Assembly: GCF_006345805.1 (NCBI RefSeq)
Contig: NC_043001.1
Coordinates: 134,974,001 to 135,038,000 of the forward strand
Direction: 5' to 3'
DNA from: Octopus sinensis
Lineage: Eukaryota
Length of the DNA: 64,000 bases
The stretch's first letter is position 1; every line of letters begins with the position of its first letter. Position numbers and translations under genes: made by a program. The notes under the pieces were generated by a model. That model was not told where the DNA came from. It saw only the letters and a program-made list of their open reading frames with translations, and did not search any database. Shown piece by piece: positions 39,253 through 51,714 of the stretch.

Positions 39253-40158
39253 TTATTTCATCAATTCTGAAAGGATGAACGGTGAAGCCGACATAGACAG
39301 GATTTGAACTGAGAACGTAAAGAGCCGGAAGAAATGTCGCTAAACATTTTATCCAACGTGCTAACGAGCAGCTCACGGCTTTAGTGTATCAGATAATATG
39401 ACACAGTGTCGTGTTACATTGTAATAAACAGTAGTAGTTCAGTAACATGCTATACGAGAGTTGTATGCGAGCAACTTATAGTAGAGACATGTACTAAATC
39501 TACATTGATCCAGTGGGTGGTTGTCAGTCCGTTTGGTACAGTGGAGGACAAAAATAGATAAACAAATAATAATAACAATCAACCTGACTTCGTGGTATAC
39601 TTCACATAGAAGTCACATAAAAAAAAAAAGCTGTTTTAATGTTTAATATGTAGAAACAATACAGAACACCATTGTTTACCGTATTTTATTAATCATACTT
39701 ATGCATGACATAATTATGAATAACACGTTTTTCAAGATGTTCAAGTACAATAGACTTTCTAAAACCTTAAATTATATTTTTAAAAATTCGCGCTGCACCT
39801 TTTGAGAACCACTGCACTAATCTCCATATCAAAGACGACTGTTTTCTTTTTATCCAGTGAACTGTAACCAATAATCTAGTAACAAAACCATTGTCGTGTG
39901 AAATACTACGGCAAGCGCCTCCCGACACAATAATGCTCTTGAACAATATTACATTGTGTACAGCTTACATCCAATAAAGCGTTATGTCAAATTAGGACAG
40001 AATCGAGCATTTATTACAGTTTCTGACATTCACACACCGTATCATTTGCTACAGTTAATATAAATGGTAGTTGCTACAGTTGTAACATAATGTAATAGGT
40101 TTTTTTGTGCAAGGAAATAAGCTGAGTTAGTTTTAACTGAACGTGTACTATGAAAGAC

Positions 40159-40223
<65 letters not shown>

Positions 40224-40285
40224 GTATATCGTTGTTCCGAAAATCCAGGAAGCACAATGGTGGAAAAAATGTATATAAAAGGAAC

Positions 40286-40434
40286 AGCTTGCTAACCAAC
40301 CACATGGTTCCGGGTCCAGTCCCACTGCGTGGCATCTTGGGCAAGTGTCTTCTGCTATAGCCCCGGCCGACCAATGCCTTGTGAGTGGATTTGGTAGACG
40401 GAAACTGAAAGAAGCCTGTCGTATATATATGTAT

Positions 40435-40472
<38 letters not shown>

Positions 40473-40692
40473 TTGTGTGTCTGTGTTTGTCCCCCTAGCA
40501 TTGCTTGACAACCGATGCTGGTGTGTTTACGTCCCCGTCACTTAGCGGTTCGGCAAAAGAGACCGATAGAATAAGTACTGGGCTTACAAAGAATAAGTCC
40601 TGGGGTCGATTTGCTCGACTAAAGGCGGTGCTCCAGCATGGCCGCAGTCAAATGACTGAAACAAGTAAAAGAGTAAAGAGTAAAGAGTAAAT
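40286..40692 (+). mobile_element. SINE family C (slightly 5'-truncated)
   Basis: Aligns to the 1087-1508 copy from AGCTTGCTAACCAACC onward. Confidence 0.9.
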
Positions 40693-41018
40693 AAGAGGTA
40701 TGTGAGCGTGTGTGTGTCTGGCTTTTACTTGTTTCAGTCATTGGACTGCGGCGATGCTATGGCACCATCTTGAAGGGTTTAGTCGGATAACTTGACTCCA
40801 GCACTTATTTTTAAGTTTGGTATTATTCTATCGTATCTTTTTGACGAACCACATAGTTGGTCGGATGCAAATCAACACTGGTTGTCAAGCAGTGGTGGAG
40901 GACAAACAAGCAAACACACACAAACGCTTACACAATGCAAAGATATATATGTATGTGTGTGTGCGTGCGATTATGGTAAGCGGTGCCGATTTTACACTTC
41001 TGTGAACAACAATAATAA

Positions 41019-41933
41019 TCTCTTATTATAAAAGGCAGATTTTATCTGCCTCCCTTTGTCACTTATAGAAATCTACAATATAGGATTTCTTCAATTACAA
41101 TTTACCTAGCATTTTTAAGAGTAGAATGCATCGGGTCATGCCAGGTTCAGTTTTTAAAATTTAAACTCCAATTAAGCAAAATTTACAGAAAACTCACATT
41201 CTGGTGTGTATGTCAAATGCTTTTCTTAGTCTGGTTTACAGCACACGCAAACGCACACACACAGTGTGCAACGAATAAAGTGAGACTAATTCACTGTGTG
41301 TGTGTTGACAGGTAGACAATAGAATGCGATGGCGATGGCGATGTAATATTTGTTTCTGTCTATGACGCTCATAAAAGCATTGATGTACATGTGTGCGTGC
41401 GTGAGTGTGTGTGTGTCATTCCTCACACACACGCATACACATACATATATGACAATGACAAACAAACGTTTCAAACAACTACATACAAACACGTGTGTGT
41501 TTGTTAATATAGGATTTCTTCAATTACAATTTATCTAGCATTTTTAAGAGTAGAATGCATCGGGGCATGCCAGGTCCAGTTTTTAAAATTTAAACTCCAA
41601 TTAAGCAAAATTTACAGAAAACTCACATTCTGGTGTGTATGTCAAATGCTTTTCTTAGTCTGGTTTACAGCACACGCACACACACAGTGTGCAACGAATA
41701 AAGTGAGACTAATTCACTGTGTGTGTGTTGACAGGTAGACAATAGAATGCGATGGCGATGGCGATGTAATATTTGTTTCTGTCTATGACGCTCATAAAAG
41801 CATTGATGTACATGTGTGCGTGCGTGAGTGTGTGTGTGTCATTCCTCACACACACGCATACACATACATATATGACAGTGACAAACAAACGTTTCAAACA
41901 ACTACATACAAACACGTGTGTGTTTGTTATTAG
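41019..41933 (+). mobile_element. Helitron-like element with ~425-bp internal tandem duplication
   Basis: A|TCTCTTATTATAAAAG 5' end; 3' hairpin ACAAACAC/GTGTTTGT then TTAG|T; units 41077-41505 and 41506-41929. Confidence 0.65.
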
Positions 41934-42173
41934 TAAAAAAGGCGCCAAAACACAACTCACTTATCATTCCAACACATTTGCAAAGACACACGACGGTCGA
42001 ATTGCTATAACAATACAGAAAAGGTAAATTGGTTTTTATTTTACTCTGTATATATTTTATTATATAATATTATATATAGATATATGTATATATAATTGCA
42101 GTATGAAACAGTGTTTATGTATAAACAGACGACACTTATATATAGTTATTAATAAATGTATGCATCCGTTTAA

Positions 42174-43237
42174 CCCTTTCGTTACCAAACCGCCCGAAAA
42201 AAATTTTGGTTAATGTGACCAAGCCGCCCGAATTTACCTATTTATATTTAAATGAGAATATCAGAGTAAATCTCTTTAGAACATTCGTGAAAACACGTAT
42301 TATACTTCGTAAACAGTTCAACTACAGTTTTGTACAAAAATCGAAGTGTAATTTTAATTCCGTGAATTATGGGAGATTTTTTTCCGAAATTTGTTCCTAT
42401 TGTGTTTTCAAAATTTGTAATTCTGACAAAAAATGGATACGAATTTCATTATGTCAAGCAGCGAGTCAGAATTCGAAGGATTTTCTACTGAAGACCTTCA
42501 TAAATCTAACTCTATGACTGAAAAAAAAAAGCATGTGGTATTTGATAATGAATCTGATGTTTCATTTTCCGAAAGTGAAAACAGTGAATCTGAGATCTCC
42601 GACAGCGATAAAGAAAATGATTTGGCACCTGAATGGAGTGAAAATTTAAAAACTGTTTCTTTCGGTGATTTTTCTGAAGAAACTGGACCAAGCCACAGAC
42701 TTTCCCAGAAGAGTAAAGCCTTAGACTATCTCTTATTACTTTTTCGAATGAGCCTATTTGAAATCATTACGGCGGAAACGAACTGTTACGCTCAACCAAA
42801 ACAAAGCGAAAGAAACGATAGTTTGTTATTTCCCACAACCTTAAATGAAATTAAGGCCTATTTTTCCATAAATATTATTATGGGTATTAGAAAGTTACCC
42901 AGAATAACAAATTCTATCGTAAAATTTTGTTGTATACCCAATTGAATATTAGCTAATAACCCATTTTCTATAGCGATGTTTGAACAAAATTTTAATAATT
43001 TTATATATTGTTGAATTTACCTGTATCTACCTGCAATTAGAGTCACTTTGTGACAAAAATTATAATATATTGGTTGAGAACATTTCACTAAATTATCTTC
43101 CAAAAATCAGATTAATATATTCATAAATAAAAAAGTTATAGTTGTTTAATGACACCAGACTAAATTTATGATTACGTTAGAAATTAATTGAAACACATAA
43201 GGGGTGTATTTTGGTCAGAAATATAGTAACGAAAGGG
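42174..43237 (+). mobile_element. Internally deleted piggyBac transposon
   Basis: TTAA TSD at 42170-42173 and 43238-43241; 12-bp TIR CCCTTTCGTTAC/GTAACGAAAGGG. Confidence 0.95.
42433..42945 (+). pseudogene. piggyBac transposase N-terminal remnant (170 aa open frame)
   Basis: Acidic Ser/Glu N-terminus, then LFEIITAETNCYA...PTTLNEIKAYFSINIIMGIRKLPRI as in PGBD-type transposases; DDD catalytic region absent. Confidence 0.85.
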
Positions 43238-43348
43238 TTAAGAAAAACCAAAAAATATTTTATTCTTTGTAAATGTTGTGTTCAAAATAACATTTTCTTT
43301 TAAGAATGTGTATATAACAAAGTATATGTATATAACTACGTGGCTTAA

Positions 43349-43741
43349 TCTTTATATATAAAAGTGAAGTTGTGTGTCTGTCTCCTACGATTTAGATTCG
43401 TAACTACTCCCACATTTTGCGGTGCAGTTTAACCAAAAGCGGTATCTTATAGTCGTGATTCATATCGAGCCCTTCTGGGTATTAGCGCGCGTCTACGATG
43501 AGTCTACGATTTAAAAAAATTTACCATCATATTTTTCCATTTTAATGCATATTTTTCGTTATTATATAAGGGAAGTAACTCTCTAAAAATATCTACAATG
43601 TGTCAACGATTTAAAAAAAAAATTACCTTAATTTTTTTCAATTTTTAATGCATTTTTTTGCTATTTTTTGGCTATAACTCTAAAAATGCTTATATAGTTA
43701 TTTCCCTTACAAACCCGAGCAACGCCGGGCGATACTGCTAG
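43349..43741 (+). mobile_element. Non-autonomous Helitron (same family as 4040-4434)
   Basis: A|TC start, CCCGAGCAACGCCGGG hairpin, CTAG|T end. Confidence 0.88.
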
Positions 43742-45297
43742 TGATTTTATAAACTTAAAGCTTATAAGTGTTAACCATGCATTGACTAAGGTAAATAGTC
43801 TAATATTGGGGCACACAAGCCCTTGATAGAAAAAAAAAGTAGCGCTTGCCGTACGAATGGGTCTCGAATCCACACCTCTATGCATTTGAGAGAAGTATGG
43901 CACCTTTACACTAACGTACCCTTAGCGTCCTTCCGTCGGATTTGATAACTATAATTTCATAATGTTGTTTGAGAGGGAGTGAGAAAAAGTAATAGCAATG
44001 AGAGAGAGAGGAAGGGGCAAAGAGAGCCTTCGTGTATCTATCTTCTACTATGATAATACTCTTGTGTTTTTCTCCGTCAAACATATGAATAAATGAGGAA
44101 GGGGCGATGGCAAACTGGTAAAGGGATGATGGAAATTCTACGGTGAAAAAAAAAATCAAACAGCGTTTCAACTCTGTGTGAGTATATGTGTGTGTATGTA
44201 AAAGGGAGATATGTGAATGTTTGTGTGTGTGCGTGTGTGCGCGCGAGCTTGCGGGCACAATGGAAGTGGGATGGTGAACATTCAACGCTGAAAAGAAAAA
44301 TCAAACAGCGTTTCAACTCTGTGTGAGTATATGTGTGTACAAGGGAAGTATGTGAATGTTTGTATGTGTGAACCAACGTTCTTTCAGTAACAACCGTTGA
44401 TCGATGTCACATCTCAAAAGACAACCACCAAATAATATTGACAAGTGTATTGATTTGATTTACCATCCATATTCTATCCCCTAACAGACGAAATAACTCT
44501 AAATAAGATATTGAATGAAACAAAACTGTTTTCGAGGAAGAGAATATATTCCCATAAAAACAAAAAGAACATGTAACTCATTAGTTTGAAAACAGTGAAT
44601 AACATTTTAAAATTTTGATTTAAAGACACCGCATCTCGCGGATTCCCAGAATTTTTTTCACAGAACCCCCGTCGGGGAACACGAAAAAAACCCCCTATTT
44701 ATTGAGATAACTGTGACAAATAAGAAGAGCTGAGCTTCGGATGAAAACCTATTTACACCGTTTACTTTTGTGCTTTTCGTCTACGTTCAGAGTTCGAATA
44801 TTTGTCGAGGTCAACTTTGCCTTTTATTCCTCCGAGGACTAATAAAATAAGTACAATACCAGATATTTACTGGGTCTATATAAGCAACTATACCCCTATC
44901 TCACTTCCCATCCACACACTCGTTGTGCAGTACGAATGTTAGAAATGTAAAACCTTCAAGATTATTTTTGTTTCATCGTACGGTTTGCTGATATTTGTTT
45001 TCTAAACAACTTTCTCTATTATCATTTGGAAATTGTATGTTCAAAGATAACACAACCCCCGCAAAGAAAGAAAAAAATTACAACGAAAAAGGAAAAAAAA
45101 ATTAGGAGTTCGTCACAAACCTTGTTATAGTTAGTGGGTCATTCAACTCAAACGTTATCGTAGAAATCTTGTTTCACCAAAAAATTCTGTTCAGATGCGG
45201 TCCTGTTTTTCGTTATGTATTCTGTTCTGATGGGTGCTTAGATTCTAAGCTGAAACATCATCGTTGTTAGTGTTAGCTTGTTAAGTAGTTGATGTCG

Positions 45298-45312
45298 GAG
45301 AGAGAGAGAGAG

Positions 45313-45409
<97 letters not shown>

Positions 45410-45437
45410 GAGAGAGAGAGAGAGAGAGAGGGAGAAG

Positions 45438-45491
<54 letters not shown>

Positions 45492-45506
45492 AGAGAGAGA
45501 GAGAGC
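45298..45506. repeat. (AG)n array
   Basis: Direct reading. Confidence 0.97.
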
Positions 45507-45549
45507 TTGAACACGTTTTGTATTTAGGGATTGGTGAGATATGTGTCAG

Positions 45550-47020
45550 TAAATAAATGGTCGGCTCTAACTGAAACACCATCAGAACATTGTTAAGTGG
45601 AGGATTAGAAAAGTAGGTTGCATGTTACGATTTGGAAAAAGTACTGTTGGTGAGTTTGTTGACCAGAAAGATTCTCAGATTCACCGGTGGATTGCAAGTT
45701 GTAAAGACCCTGCCGAAGGGTTGTCAATTGTAAAGATACTACTATAGGGTGGATTGTAAATTGTGACTATGCCGTTGTAAAGAAATTGTTGGGCGGGCTG
45801 TAAATTAAAATAAGTGCTGTTGGGTGGGTTATAGAACAGTTTTGACAGTCTTGCTGGAGCGGTGACTCACTATGAATGGATTGCGGTTTTGTTGTGAATT
45901 TGAAGGGTGCTGTCGGGTAAGTAAATAATTATTAAAAAAAAGAGGAAGTTAGCAAAGGTTGTTGGGGTAGCAATTATTCTAACGTGTGCAGATCATCATA
46001 AGCAGGAGAGTCTGATGTTGAAACACAGCCTGAGTATTAGTGTTTTGAAAGTATGGAAGAAAAATCACGAACAGAGGAAAGACGGAATTCCAGAGAAAGT
46101 GCTGTTCTAGGGAGGAAGGGAGGAAGGTTGAGTGTTTGGTAAGAAATGTTGGATAAAATGAGGTACAGTGGAGAGTTACAGCATGTCGGGTGGACGTGGA
46201 TGGAGATGGTGTGTTTAATGAGGTGTATCGGAGGAGGTGGGTTAAAAAAAAAGAAGAAAATATACCATATTTTGAACGGATCTGGACGGGAGTGATATGT
46301 AATAAGCTAATTCAGAGGAGCTGAGGAGCGGTTGAAGAGGAGGAACAACGTGACTTGGAGTGGTTGTGGTGTATTGTTGTGATGGTTGAACAAAGTTGGT
46401 GAATGAGTATTTATCAATCAGTCGAATGACCAGTTTTTGTGAATTCAATCTATGACGTTCGTTTATACTGCAGCAGTAGAAAGCCAAACATATGAACAGT
46501 AGTACACTGTTTATGTAGCAGTACCTTCCATGGATGTAGGTTGTGCTCTAGTGTGTATGTTTTAGGTTTTTTCAAACTGTCACCAACCAATCAAGTATTT
46601 CATGCTACTAAAAGAGAATCTTAGATTTTGTGATGCAGTTTTGTTGCAGACGTGTAATTGCTATGAAAAATTACCAGAAATTGCGAGGTCTGACTTTTCT
46701 AGCAAATTTGAAGTCCTTAATTATGCTTTATTGACGACAAAACAGCCTGAAGTACAAGGGCGAACGTTGTTAATGTTCTATTCTGAGATATTGCGCTGTC
46801 GAAAGAGGAAAAGGCCTCCTGGCCCCGTTGAAAAATGCTGACATAGCTTTGTTCGTGGAATGTATAGCGATAGAGGTTTAAGGTACGTGTCAATGACACC
46901 TGTGAGTGATGAGTTACAGAGTAAAATGTGCTGCTGGGTGGATTGTAAACTGGGAAATTAGCAGTTAGTTGATTTGTTGATATACGATGTTGTTGGTGAT
47001 TTCCCAACCATCAAGTATGT
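45550..47020 (-). mobile_element. Highly degenerate retroelement, possibly Penelope-like
   Basis: Fragmentary minus-strand frames (YINSVLLFICLAFYCCS...; FLPYFQN) loosely resemble the Penelope RT thumb/linker; not decisive. Confidence 0.3.
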
Positions 47021-47029
47021 CTCAATAAC

Positions 47030-47960
47030 GGTTTCAAATTTTGGCACAATATTTTGGGGCCAAGGAGCAAGGGATAAGTCGGTTACATAGACTCCAGTGA
47101 TCAACAGATCCTTTTTTTTTTATCGATCCTGAAAGGATGAAAGGTAAAGTCGACTTCGGCGGAATTTGAACTTAAAACATAAAGACGGACGAAATACTTA
47201 TTTCTTTACTACCCACAAGGGGCTAAACACAGAGAGGACAAACAAGGATAGACAAACGGATTAAGTCGATTATATCGACCCCAGTGCGTAACTGGTACTT
47301 ATTTAATCGACCCCGAAAGGATGAAAGGCAAAGTCGACCTCGGCGGAATTTGAACTCAGAACGTAGCGGCAGACGAAACACCGCTAAGCATTTGCCCGGC
47401 ACACTAACGATTCTGTCAGCTCGCCACCTTAATGTGTTTTAACAGTGGTTTCAAATTTTGGGACATGGCTAGTAATTTCAGGCGAAAGAGTAAGTCGATT
47501 TCATCGATTCACCCAGTGATCAGCTGGTACTTATTTTATTGACCCAGAAAGGATAAAAGGTAAAATCGAGGCGGCGAGCTGGCGGAAACGTTAGCACGCC
47601 GGGCGAAATGCGTAGCCGTATTTCGTCTGTCGTTACGCTGTGAGTTCAAATTCCGCCGAGGTCGACTTTGCCTTTCATCCTTTCGGGGTCGATAAATTAA
47701 GTACCAGTTACGTACTGGGGTCGATGGAATCGACTTAATACCTATATCTGTCCTTGTTTGTCTCATCTATGTTTAGCCCCTCGTGGGTAATAAAGAAATA
47801 GGTAAAATCGATCTCGGTGGAATTTGAACTAAGAACGTAAAGACAGACGAAATGTCGCTAAGTATTTATAATAAAATAAGTACCAGTCATGTACTGGGGT
47901 CGATGTAATCGACGTCCCTCAAGATTGCTGACCTCGTACCAAAATTTGAAATCAATATTA
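47030..47960. mobile_element. Nested cluster of SINE family B copies (young minus copy 47194-47429, young plus copy 47570-47804, older hosts)
   Basis: Plus copy has TSD AGGTAAAATCGA (47558-47569, 47800-47811); the minus copy tail joins TTCGTC of an older copy. Confidence 0.88.
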
Positions 47961-48170
47961 GCTGTGTCAGTGACAAAATTTATATGAATATTCCTAAAGG
48001 ACAAAGGCCCGTCGCCAGACTTTGGTGCCTGGGGTGCTTCGGAATATCAAGGATTGGCACTAATTTGTATTGTGGGAAGATTTTCGTAAACTGTATTTTC
48101 TAAATGTGAGGGTGTACTATTGAATAGTGAGGGGAAAGAACCGTCCAGTGCACCCCTTAACGACGAACAT

Positions 48171-48555
48171 GGAGGCGCAATGGCCCAGTGGTTAGGGCAG
48201 CGGACTCGCGGTCATAGGATTGCGGTTTCGATTCCCAGACCGGGCGTTGTGAGTGTTTATTGAGCGAAAACACCTAAAGCTCCACGAGTCTCCGGCAGGG
48301 GATGGTGGTGATCCCTGCTGTACTCTTTCACCACAACTTTCTCTCACTCTTACTTCCTGTTTCTGTTGTACCTGTATTTCAAAGGGCCGGCCTTGTCACA
48401 CTCTGTGTCACGCTGAATATCCCCGAGAACTACGTTAAGGGTACACGTGTCTGTGGAGTGCTCAGCCACTTACACGTTAATTTCACGAGCAGGCTGTTCC
48501 GTTGATTCGGATCAACCGGAACCCTCGTCGTCGTAACCGACGGAGTGCTTCCATT
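48171..48555 (+). mobile_element. SINE family A with 15-bp TSD
   Basis: TTAACGACGAACATG at 48157-48171 and 48556-48570. Confidence 0.93.
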
Positions 48556-48749
48556 TTAACGACGAACATGCATTGATGTTTTAGATGACTGTCTGTTTCT
48601 GTCTCACACACAGAATCGTGTTTTTTGTAATTCGGTAATTATTATTTTTAGTAACCGATTTCTCCTCTTGACCCTGGTAAATGTTATAGCTAACACTAAA
48701 CCATAAATGACATTGATAGTATGGCTAAATGACAATCTTACAGAAGAAT

Positions 48750-48790
48750 TAGCAATGCATCCCGGCTTTGCCCGGGTGTTATAACCTACA
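48750..48790 (-). mobile_element. Helitron-like 3' terminus
   Basis: Minus strand CCCGGGCAAAGCCGGG hairpin followed by ...GCTAA-T, analogous to the 4434/43741 termini; extent of the element not determined. Confidence 0.45.
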
Positions 48791-50166
48791 GCCACATTGT
48801 ATTATTTGTTTCTTTCTTATGAGCAGAATTGGCACAGCTGATATACAGTGAACTGGATTCCTGGCGTAATGGAAGTTATTGTTTGTTTGAAAGTAAAGGA
48901 GGAGGGTGCAATGGGTTTGCATGAAAGTGCTTTCTGTTCTTAAGAAGGATCACAAAATATATTGTTTCATCGTATAAAAGGAGGCTAATACGATTTTGCC
49001 CAGAAATCACATTTTCAAAATTTTTATTTCCCCCGTCACCACTGCAATTTCTTAATTTGTAACTTTTTTCAATTTTTTTTATCCACGTAGAAAAATACAG
49101 AGACTACGAGTCTGGGAATTATATACATATTTTTAAAGTTTAATTTTTCTTAAAGAAATATCCCTTCCCCCACCTCGCCCACCCATCACCTACCCGCTTT
49201 CAAAAAGCTAAAACCTCCCGATGTTTCACTCTCGTCTGATATTTCACGCATACGTAGAATTGTCCTGAAATAGCAGACATAAAAAATACCAGAACATCAT
49301 CAGAAAACCCGACATGCTAGAAACAACAGGTACACGACATTATTTCTGAAAGAAACTTGCCTGCTTTCTAAAAAGCTAAAAGGGAAACATTAGGAGTTTG
49401 TAGCTTTTTGAAAGTGGTGAAGCGACGGGTTTTGGAAAGATTTTGGTGTTTCTTTAAGAAAAAAAGGATGAGGAAAATTCTTAAAGATTCGCATTCTCTG
49501 TTTTTTCTCCGTGAATTACTATGAAAAAAATTTGGAAAAAAAGTAAAAATGAAGAAATTGGGGTGGGGAGGGAGAGAACTAAAATACTGAGAACGTGATT
49601 TTTAGGCGAAATCCCAATCTGTATCGAAAAGATAAGAATTGGAAGAAATTTAGGAACAAAATAAGGGTGGGGGCGCAAATATCACATTGGACATGCTAGA
49701 AACAATAGGTAAAGGACGGGATTTCAGGGAAAACTTCTTTTACGTTTGTATCGAAGATCAGGTTTTTAAATACGCTCATCACAAACATAAATTACAGAAT
49801 AGGAAAAAGTCTTTTCAGTTGGATTTGAGATGTAGTTTTGCGCATGAACACAGCAAGAAATAACATAATTCGTACAGAAGTTTTATCTAGTGTGTGAGTG
49901 TATGCCAAAGGAAGTTATTTTATGGCATTCTTTTGTTTGAAGCAGCAAAGTTGTCAACTCGATCATAAGGGATCGTATGATTGTTCGATAATTTTAAAAA
50001 AATTCTTTATGCTTTGAAGAGAGCAGAAATTGAAAGAGAGGAGAAAGTGAAAAGGTGACATTGGCTTTTAAGTGAGAGCAGAAAGTAAAAGAGAGAAGAA
50101 AGTGAAAGATATATGTACGTATATATGAAATGGACGTGTGTGTGTGTATATATATATATGCGTGCA

Positions 50167-50206
<40 letters not shown>

Positions 50207-50346
50207 CTAGGGAGAGAGAGTAAGTGAAGGTGTGTGTTGTCATGTATGTATTTTTTGTTTGTATGTGTAAGTGGCACTTATTTCCGATGTTATTTTAGTA
50301 GTAAGAAGGTGTTGTGACAAAAACATAGTTTATTTGGTAGCCTTTA

Positions 50347-50806
50347 TATTGGGTCATTCCATTCAACAGTTATGATCGGAGTTTGCTCCACCAGGGTTTG
50401 CAAGACGTCCTTGTCAAGCTCTTCAGATCCTCCAGGACGAGGCTTGTCTTCTAGGCTGTAGTTTTCGGCTCGGAATTTCTGAAACCACCGTTGACGCTGG
50501 TTTACGCTTGTTGTCCGATCCTCGTATACTGCATTAATATTCATCGCACTTTCTGTTGCATTGTTGCCTTTATTGAACTCATAAAGCAAAATATGCCGAA
50601 TATGCTCCTTTGTCACTTCCATTATAGCTTTGGAAAAATAATTGTTAAAATCGAACTGCACTCTTCAAAACTTGGACTAAGAATAAGGCCAAAGTAAAAT
50701 TACTACCTACTTTTATAGCAAGTAGATGCAGGTAGTTTATCTCGTCACCCTCTGACTTTTAGTTCATGCAATTGAAAAAACCGCATTGTGTATGGGATGA
50801 ACCAAT

Positions 50807-50807
<1 letters not shown>
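50347..50807 (-). mobile_element. Internally deleted mariner element
   Basis: TA-flanked ends TATTGGGTCATTCCA / TGGGATGAACCAATA; ORF EHIRHILLYEFNKG..ATES...WFQKFR..NYSLEDKPRPG (mariner HTH) runs directly into the terminal repeat. Confidence 0.9.
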
Positions 50808-50840
<33 letters not shown>

Positions 50841-50847
50841 GATAGAT

Positions 50848-50910
<63 letters not shown>

Positions 50911-51109
50911 GTGATAAGCAGCTTTCTTTATTATAGTACAGATGTGACTAATTCGGAGAAAATTACTTATTCACATATCGTCACTCTCATAATGCAACAC
51001 TTTTGTACTTTTAGTTCAAATTGAAAGTGTGAAACTATTTTCACATTCTTATGAAACCTGGTCGTTGTAGAGCAGTGTTTTTCAAATAACTAAGGCTGGT
51101 TGTGGAGAT

Positions 51110-51272
51110 AACGTAGAAAATATGTAAATGAAAATAAAGTTACTTGGTAGCCGAAAGATTACTGAATGTTTTGATACCCCATACATCAGAATTGGCAACT
51201 CAGTTTTCGAATGCATGAGGAAAATACACACACACACACACACACACACAAACTCTCTTTTATATATATAGA
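51110..51272 (-). mobile_element. Helitron-like 5' fragment
   Basis: Minus strand A|TCTATATATATAAAAGAGAGTTTG(TG)n, similar to the other Helitron 5' ends here. Confidence 0.4.
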
Positions 51273-51714
51273 TAAATAATCTGAAAATTGTCGTAAACAC
51301 AAGCCAATACAGTTTTTTTTAGCAACGTCCAGACTGCGGGAGAAAGAAGACAGTGCAGTGTACTTAAATAGGAATCTAGGACAATACAAGAGTCAGAATA
51401 AATCTATAGGACAAAAGTGACCAACAGTGACCAGCAGAAATCTGTATTATTGCTGTTTGTGATATTCTAATCAGCGCTGTACTCGTACGAAAATCAATAA
51501 AACATACGGCTTTGTATATTTTTAGAATATACTTTATATATTATTTCATATGACATATAAAAGTGGCGAAATATTGAAAGGCGTGGGAAATAATAAATCT
51601 CATGGTTTGTTCAATTTCTTTTTTCCGGTATGAGTTTTCTCACTTTGCGTTTGTTGACGCATCAACAAGATCGCATGACGATGATGATGATAATGACGAT
51701 AGTTATAATTCTGT

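Noticed and set aside
44146-44372. ~85-bp local duplication with ~143-bp period
   Set aside because: Real but adjacent to (GT)n slippage sequence, with no sign of function.
48750-51272. A single 2.5-kb Helitron joining the 5' end at 51272 to the 3' end at 48750
   Set aside because: The orientation is compatible, but nothing in the window shows that the two ends belong to one element.
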